NCBI GenBank assembly: GCA_964016885.1
Contig: OZ024766.1
Location: 18,786,001 to 18,850,000 of the forward strand
Length of the DNA: 64,000 nt
Direction of reading: 5' to 3'
From: Eledone cirrhosa
Taxonomy: Eukaryota
Shown here: one piece after another, positions 56,440 to 64,000 of the stretch
Layout of the letters: the number at the start of each line of letters is the position of its first letter
Numbering within the stretch: position 1 is the first letter of the stretch
The notes under the pieces: model-generated
The model's database searches: none
What the model was told of the DNA's origin: nothing
The model's input: the letters and a program-made list of their open reading frames with translations, nothing else
Program-made: the position numbers and the translations under genes

Positions 56440-57200
56440 CCTGGTAAGAAATGTTTCATTGAGGCTTTCCCGTCTTTCCACCAACGAGCGCATTTTCAAC
56501 GACCATTCCACTTATTACAATGAAGCTCTTGCTCGAAGTGGATTTGTCGATAAGGTAGCATATACAGAGTACGAAAATAGACCTAGAAGAAATAGATCCC
56601 TGCGCATTTGTTGGTTTAACCCACCATATAATATGGAGGTGGCCACACCATTAGCTAAGATCTTTCTTTCCCTTATTACGAAGCATTTTCCCCCTACACA
56701 TAAATATAGTAAAATTTTTAATAGAAATACTATTAAAATTTCTTACTCTACGACTCCTAACCTTGCACATAACATCACAGCTTCAAATTTAGCTAAACTA
56801 CCTATCCGTAGGAACACGTGCAACCCTATAGTTAGTACTAACTGTAATTATAGGAATCGAGCTGATTGCCCCCTATCCGGGAAATGCCTCTCTAGTAACA
56901 TTGTCTACAAATGTAAGGTTGTAACACCCACGTCCCGTAGGGCCTACATAGGGTTAACCGCCAATAGTTTCAAGCAGCGTCTTTACATGCATACCCATTC
57001 TTTTCGTTACCCTTTAAGAAGGAATATGACGTCACTTTCAGCTTATATCTGGAGTCTAAAAGACAACCACACCCAATATAAGTTACACTGGGAGATCCTA
57101 GCCAGGGCTAGATCGTATAACGGAAATAAAAGACCATGTGACCTCTGCGCCGCTGAGGCCCTGGAAATACTCTACGCCACAGACCACATCTTAAACAAAA
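56440..57200 (+). pseudogene. Penelope-like element ORF C-terminus: RT C-terminal region/linker and GIY-YIG endonuclease
   Basis: Motifs WFNPPY, KHFP, KIFNRNTIKISYS and CPLSGKCL, then NIVYKC...AYIGLT..SFKQR..H..SF and CDLC..E...I. The RT catalytic core is absent. The ORF-track start lies in an unrelated SINE tail. Confidence 0.88.
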
Positions 57201-57377
57201 AATCTGTGTCCCTTTCTGGTAGTGTCCCATTCACTACCAGAAAGGGACACAGCAGTCAACTTGCGGCTACCAAGATGAAAACTGCTATGAAATCCCACAA
57301 TGAATTTTATACTTGAATTTTCAAGTCTCAAATTTTAACTCTTCGTATTATTAATTTTTCTTAATATTAATTAACAT

Positions 57378-57415
57378 TTGAAAAGATGGCTTTTGCAGAC
57401 CCATCGAAACCGGTC
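57378..57415 (+). ncRNA. Degenerate hammerhead in the Penelope-like terminal repeat (mirror copy on the minus strand at 56238-56275)
   Basis: TTGAAAA (in place of CUGANGA)-GATGG..CCATC-GAAA-CCGG-TC. Confidence 0.55.
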
Positions 57416-57625
57416 ATTTTTTATACCCTTTATTATTTCCTTACCTTATAAAATTATATGTTTTTTCACAAAAAAGTATTCTGTCTCTTATATATTCCAT
57501 GTGCCATTACCAACCTCAATTTTCTCTATAACCTTCGCTTTGTGTAGAAAATTACACTTTTCATATATATATATATATATATATACGATATTAACAAATG
57601 GAAACTATATTTATAAAACCATATT

Positions 57626-57690
57626 TATTTCATTATACATATTTCAAGGACACCAAGTTAAATTATGGTGTGCTTTCATCAGATAAAATA
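57626..57690 (-). ncRNA. Minimal type-I hammerhead motif of the same family as 17500
   Basis: The minus strand reads TATTTTAT-CTGATGA-AAGCACACCA-taatttaact-TGGTGTCCTT-GAAA-TATGTA-TA-ATGAAATA; all three stems can form. Confidence 0.78.
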
Positions 57691-57839
57691 TAATATAGAT
57701 CAGTTTCATAAACAAATATTGACATACCCTTAAAGAATGCAACCATGTCTGTTGGAAGCTCCCAGATAGTGGAGTTGTTTCCATTTGTTAATATATCGTA
57801 TATATATATATATTATATATTATATATTTATATTTGTAG

Positions 57840-57965
57840 AACCTGAGGTTTGAACTCCAACAGGCGAAGACGATGTCTGAAATGTACAGATCCCAGCTTA
57901 TAGAGGGAGAAGATGAACTATCGAAGATCAGAGAAGAAGGGGACTTTGCAAAGGAATCGTTTAAG
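57840..57965 (+). CDS. CCDC77: CCDC77 coding exon 7
   Basis: Acceptor TATTTGTAG; encodes NLRFELQQAKTMSEMYRSQLIEGEDELSKIREEGDFAKESFK; donor AAG|GTAAAG. Absent from the ORF track. Confidence 0.92.
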
Positions 57966-58041
57966 GTAAAGCAGCGGGGTGGTTGTTTGATATATAGTAT
58001 GTCTGTACACTTTACAGAGTGTACTGGGTGTATTTAACAGA

Positions 58042-58079
<38 letters not shown>

Positions 58080-58316
58080 TGTCTGTACACTTTACAGAGT
58101 GTACTGGGTGTATTTAACAGAATAATATTAATAAATGGAGAATATCTTTATAAAAGCATATTTATTTCATTATACATATTTGAAGGGTACTAATATTTGT
58201 TGTAAAGATAATGACATATCTTCCTGTGAACTTGAAGTTCAGTGAAGATATATATATATATATATATATATCTATGTGTATGTGTGTGTGTGTGTGTGTA
58301 TACATATATATATGTA

Positions 58317-58882
58317 CAACCTGTCTCATGGTCGGGTCGTTGGCGACTAAACTGGCAACCCCACCAAGGTTTCTTGGTGAGGAGGGTGACTTTGGACATC
58401 CTGCAGGACTAAAAACAAAACCTGTCAAAGGGCAAAGGAGCTCTTAAGAGTCAATGGCCATCCAAAATCACCGGGAGAGATGACCCCTTAGCCTTTGTCA
58501 AGGCAGAATTCTAGGAGAAGGAAAACTCTGATATAACACCTGCAACCCTGATGGTATCCAATGATGTTGACTTGTTCTTCTTTTTGGTAAATATCATCTT
58601 GGTTAAGAGAGTGGGACTGGCTTTGTGCAGTGCCTTTGCTCACTATAAAAGCTTCACGGCACAGGCATTGCTTTATATCTGGAGATCTCTCTGCACTTGT
58701 CGTCACATGGTACCATGGGCCCAGCACTATGTGTCAATAATTGTCACAAGTGTAGTGTTTGTACCAGAGTTTCCAAGTCGCTGGCTGGACTAAAAAGTCA
58801 CACTCGTTCAGCGCATCGGTAGGGGTTCTCCTACATGGATATAAAGTAGTGGCCGTACTCGAAAACGAGTTGGCAGCCACCA
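58317..58882 (-). mobile_element. Dispersed repeat, copy 3 (longest, ~565 bp), flanked by (TA)n
   Basis: Matches copies 1 and 2; non-coding. Confidence 0.9.
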
Positions 58883-59029
58883 TATATATATATGTATATC
58901 ATTTTATGTCCGCTTTTCCTTGCTTGCAAGGGTGGGACATATATATATATATATACATACACATATATACATGTAAAGTAACTGTAAAATTGTGATTATC
59001 TCCCCTTGTCTATGCTTGTCATATCTTGT

Positions 59030-61095
<2,066 letters not shown>

Positions 61096-64000
61096 TCACA
61101 GTTAAGGCTTTACCTCACATAATATTTACATTACTCTATATATACTATTGTATTGTCACAGTAAAGGCTTTACCTCACATAATATTTACATTACTCTATA
61201 TATACTATTGTAGTGTCACAGTAAAGGCTTTACCTCACATAATACCTCACATAATATTTACATTACTCTATATATACTATTGTATTGTCACAGTAAAGGC
61301 TTTACCTCACATAATACCTCACATAACATTTACATTACTCTATATATACTATTGTATTGTCACAGTAAAGGCTTTACCTCACATAATATCTCACATAACA
61401 TTTACATTACTCTATATATACTATTGTATTGTCACAGTAAAGACTTACCTCACATAATACCTCACATAACATTTACATTACTCTATATATACTATTGTAG
61501 TGTCACAGTAAAGGCTTTACCTCACATAATATTTACATTACTCTATATATACTATTGTATTGTCACAGTAAAGGCTTTACCTCACATAATACCTCACATA
61601 ACATTTACATTACTCTATATATATTATTGTATTGTCACAGTAAAGGCTTTACCTCACATAATATCTCACATAACATTTACATTACTCTATATATACTATT
61701 GTATTGTCACAGTAAAGGCTTTACCTCACATAATATCTCACATAACATTTACATTACTCTATATATACTATTGTATTGTCACAGTAAAGGCTTTACCTCA
61801 CATAATATCTCACATAACATTTACATTACTCTATATATATTATTGTATTGTCACAGTAAAGGCTTTACCTCACATAATATCTCACATAACATTTACATTA
61901 CTCTATATATACTATTGTATTGTCACAGTAAAGGCTTTACCTCACATAATATCTCACATAACATTTACATTACTCTATATATACTATTGTATTGTCACAG
62001 TAAAGGCTTTACCTCACATAATATCTCACATAACATTTACATTACTCTATATATACTATTGTATTGTCACAGTAAAGGCTTTACCTCACATAATATCTCA
62101 CATAACATTTACATTACTCTATATATACTATTGTATTGTCACAGTAAAGGCTTTACCTCACATAATATCTCACATAACATTTACATTACTCTATATATAC
62201 TATTGTATTGTCACAGTAAAGGCTTTACCTCACATAATATCTCACATAACATTTACATTACTCTATATATACTATTGTATTGTCACAGTAAAGGCTTTAC
62301 CTCACATAATATCTCACATAACATTTACATTACTCTATATATACTATTGTATTGTCACAGTAAAGGCTTTACCTCACATAATATCTCACATAACATTTAC
62401 ATTACTCTATATATATTATTGTATTGTCACAGTAAAGGCTTTACCTCACATAATATCTCACATAACATTTACATTACTCTATATATACTATTGTATTGTC
62501 ACAGTAAAGACCTTACCTCACATAATACCTCACATAACATTTACATTACTCTATATATACTATTGTATTGTCACAGTAAAGGCTTTACCTCACATAATAT
62601 CTCACATAACATTTACATTACTCTATATATACTATTGTATTGTCACAGTAAAGGCTTTACCTCACATAATATCTCACATAACATTTACATTACTCTATAT
62701 ATACTATTGTATTGTCACAGTAAAGGCTTTACCTCACATAATATCTCACATAACATTTACATTACTCTATATATATTATTGTATTGTCACAGTAAAGGCT
62801 TTACCTCACATAATATCTCACATAACATTTACATTACTCTATATATACTATTGTATTGTCACAGTAAAGGCTTTACCTCACATAATATCTCACATAACAT
62901 TTACATTACTCTATATATACTATTGTATTGTCACAGTAAAGGCTTTACCTCACATAATATCTCACATAACATTTACATTACTCTATATATACTATTGTAT
63001 TGTCACAGTAAAGGCTTTACCTCACATAATATCTCACATAACATTTACATTACTCTATATATACTATTGTATTGTCACAGTAAAGGCTTTACCTCACATA
63101 ATATCTCACATAACATTTACATTACTCTATATATACTATTGTATTGTCACAGTAAAGGCTTTACCTCACATAATATCTCACATAACATTTACATTACTCT
63201 ATATATACTATTGTATTGTCACAGTAAAGGCTTTACCTCACATAATATCTCACATAACATTTACATTACTCTATATATACTATTGTATTGTCACAGTAAA
63301 GGCTTTACCTCACATAATATCTCACATAACATTTACATTACTCTATATATACTATTGTATTGTCACAGTAAAGGCTTTACCTCACATAATACCTCACATA
63401 ACATTTACATTACTCTATATATACTATTGTAGTGTCACAGTAAAGGCTTTACCTCACATAATATCTCACATAACATTTACATTACTCTATATATACTATT
63501 GTATTGTCACAGTAAAGGCTTTACCTCACATAATATCTCACATAACATTTACATTACTCTATATATACTATTGTATTGTCACAGTAAAGGCTTTACCTCA
63601 CATAATATCTCACATAACATTTACATTACTCTATATATACTATTGTATTGTCACAGTAAAGGCTTTACCTCACATAATATCTCACATAACATTTACATTA
63701 CTCTATATATACTATTGTATTGTCACAGTAAAGGCTTTACCTCACATAATATCTCACATAACATTTACATTACTCTATATATACTATTGTATTGTCACAG
63801 TAAAGGCTTTACCTCACATAATATCTCACATAACATTTACATTACTCTATATATACTATTGTATTGTCACAGTAAAGGCTTTACCTCACATAATATCTCA
63901 CATAACATTTACATTACTCTATATATATTATTGTATTGTCACAGTAAAGGCTTTACCTCACATAATATCTCACATAACATTTACATTACTCTATATATAC
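61096..64000. repeat. 72-bp tandem array, about 40 units, open at the window end
   Basis: Unit TGTCACAGTAAAGGCTTTACCTCACATAATATCTCACATAACATTTACATTACTCTATATATACTATTGTAT. Confidence 0.97.

Larger units (their letters stand above)
56125..57530 (+). mobile_element. 5'-truncated Penelope-like retroelement with an inverted copy of its 3' terminal repeat
   Basis: GIY-YIG ORF remnant flanked by near-perfect inverted repeats at 56125-56277 and 57376-57530 (one 2-bp indel) that carry a hammerhead-like core. Confidence 0.85.

Noticed and set aside
58158-58195. Fragment similar to the 57626 hammerhead
   Set aside because: The GAAA core is mutated and the CUGANGA half is missing; a remnant only.
61555-63432. 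625-aa ORF of 24-aa repeats
   Set aside because: An intronic 72-bp satellite that happens to lack stops in one frame; variant units contain TAG.

Overview
Repeat-saturated animal genomic DNA. It is probably from an octopod cephalopod, inferred from the SINE-like tails and the very dense (TA)n/(TG)n tracts. The window holds two divergently oriented genes. On the minus strand is coding exon 1 of a KDM5/JARID1 demethylase (JmjN domain, 12407-12565). On the plus strand are eight coding exons of a CCDC77 orthologue (24191-60906), which splice in frame at GT-AG sites; the last exon lies beyond the window. This is the same head-to-head pair as human KDM5A-CCDC77. The CCDC77 product carries a ~600-aa low-complexity/16-aa-repeat N-terminal extension and a Cys-rich insertion. 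Almost every intron holds a different tandem array, several seeded from SINE/MITE parts or from the splice junction itself. A 65-bp satellite occurs as two oppositely oriented arrays bracketing the first three coding exons. The most notable non-coding signal is a set of minimal type-I hammerhead ribozyme motifs: one textbook copy at 17500-17570 plus relatives with different but still pairing stems. Some of them flank a Penelope-like (GIY-YIG) retroelement fragment with inverted terminal repeats. Most ORFs in the supplied track are translations of repeats.
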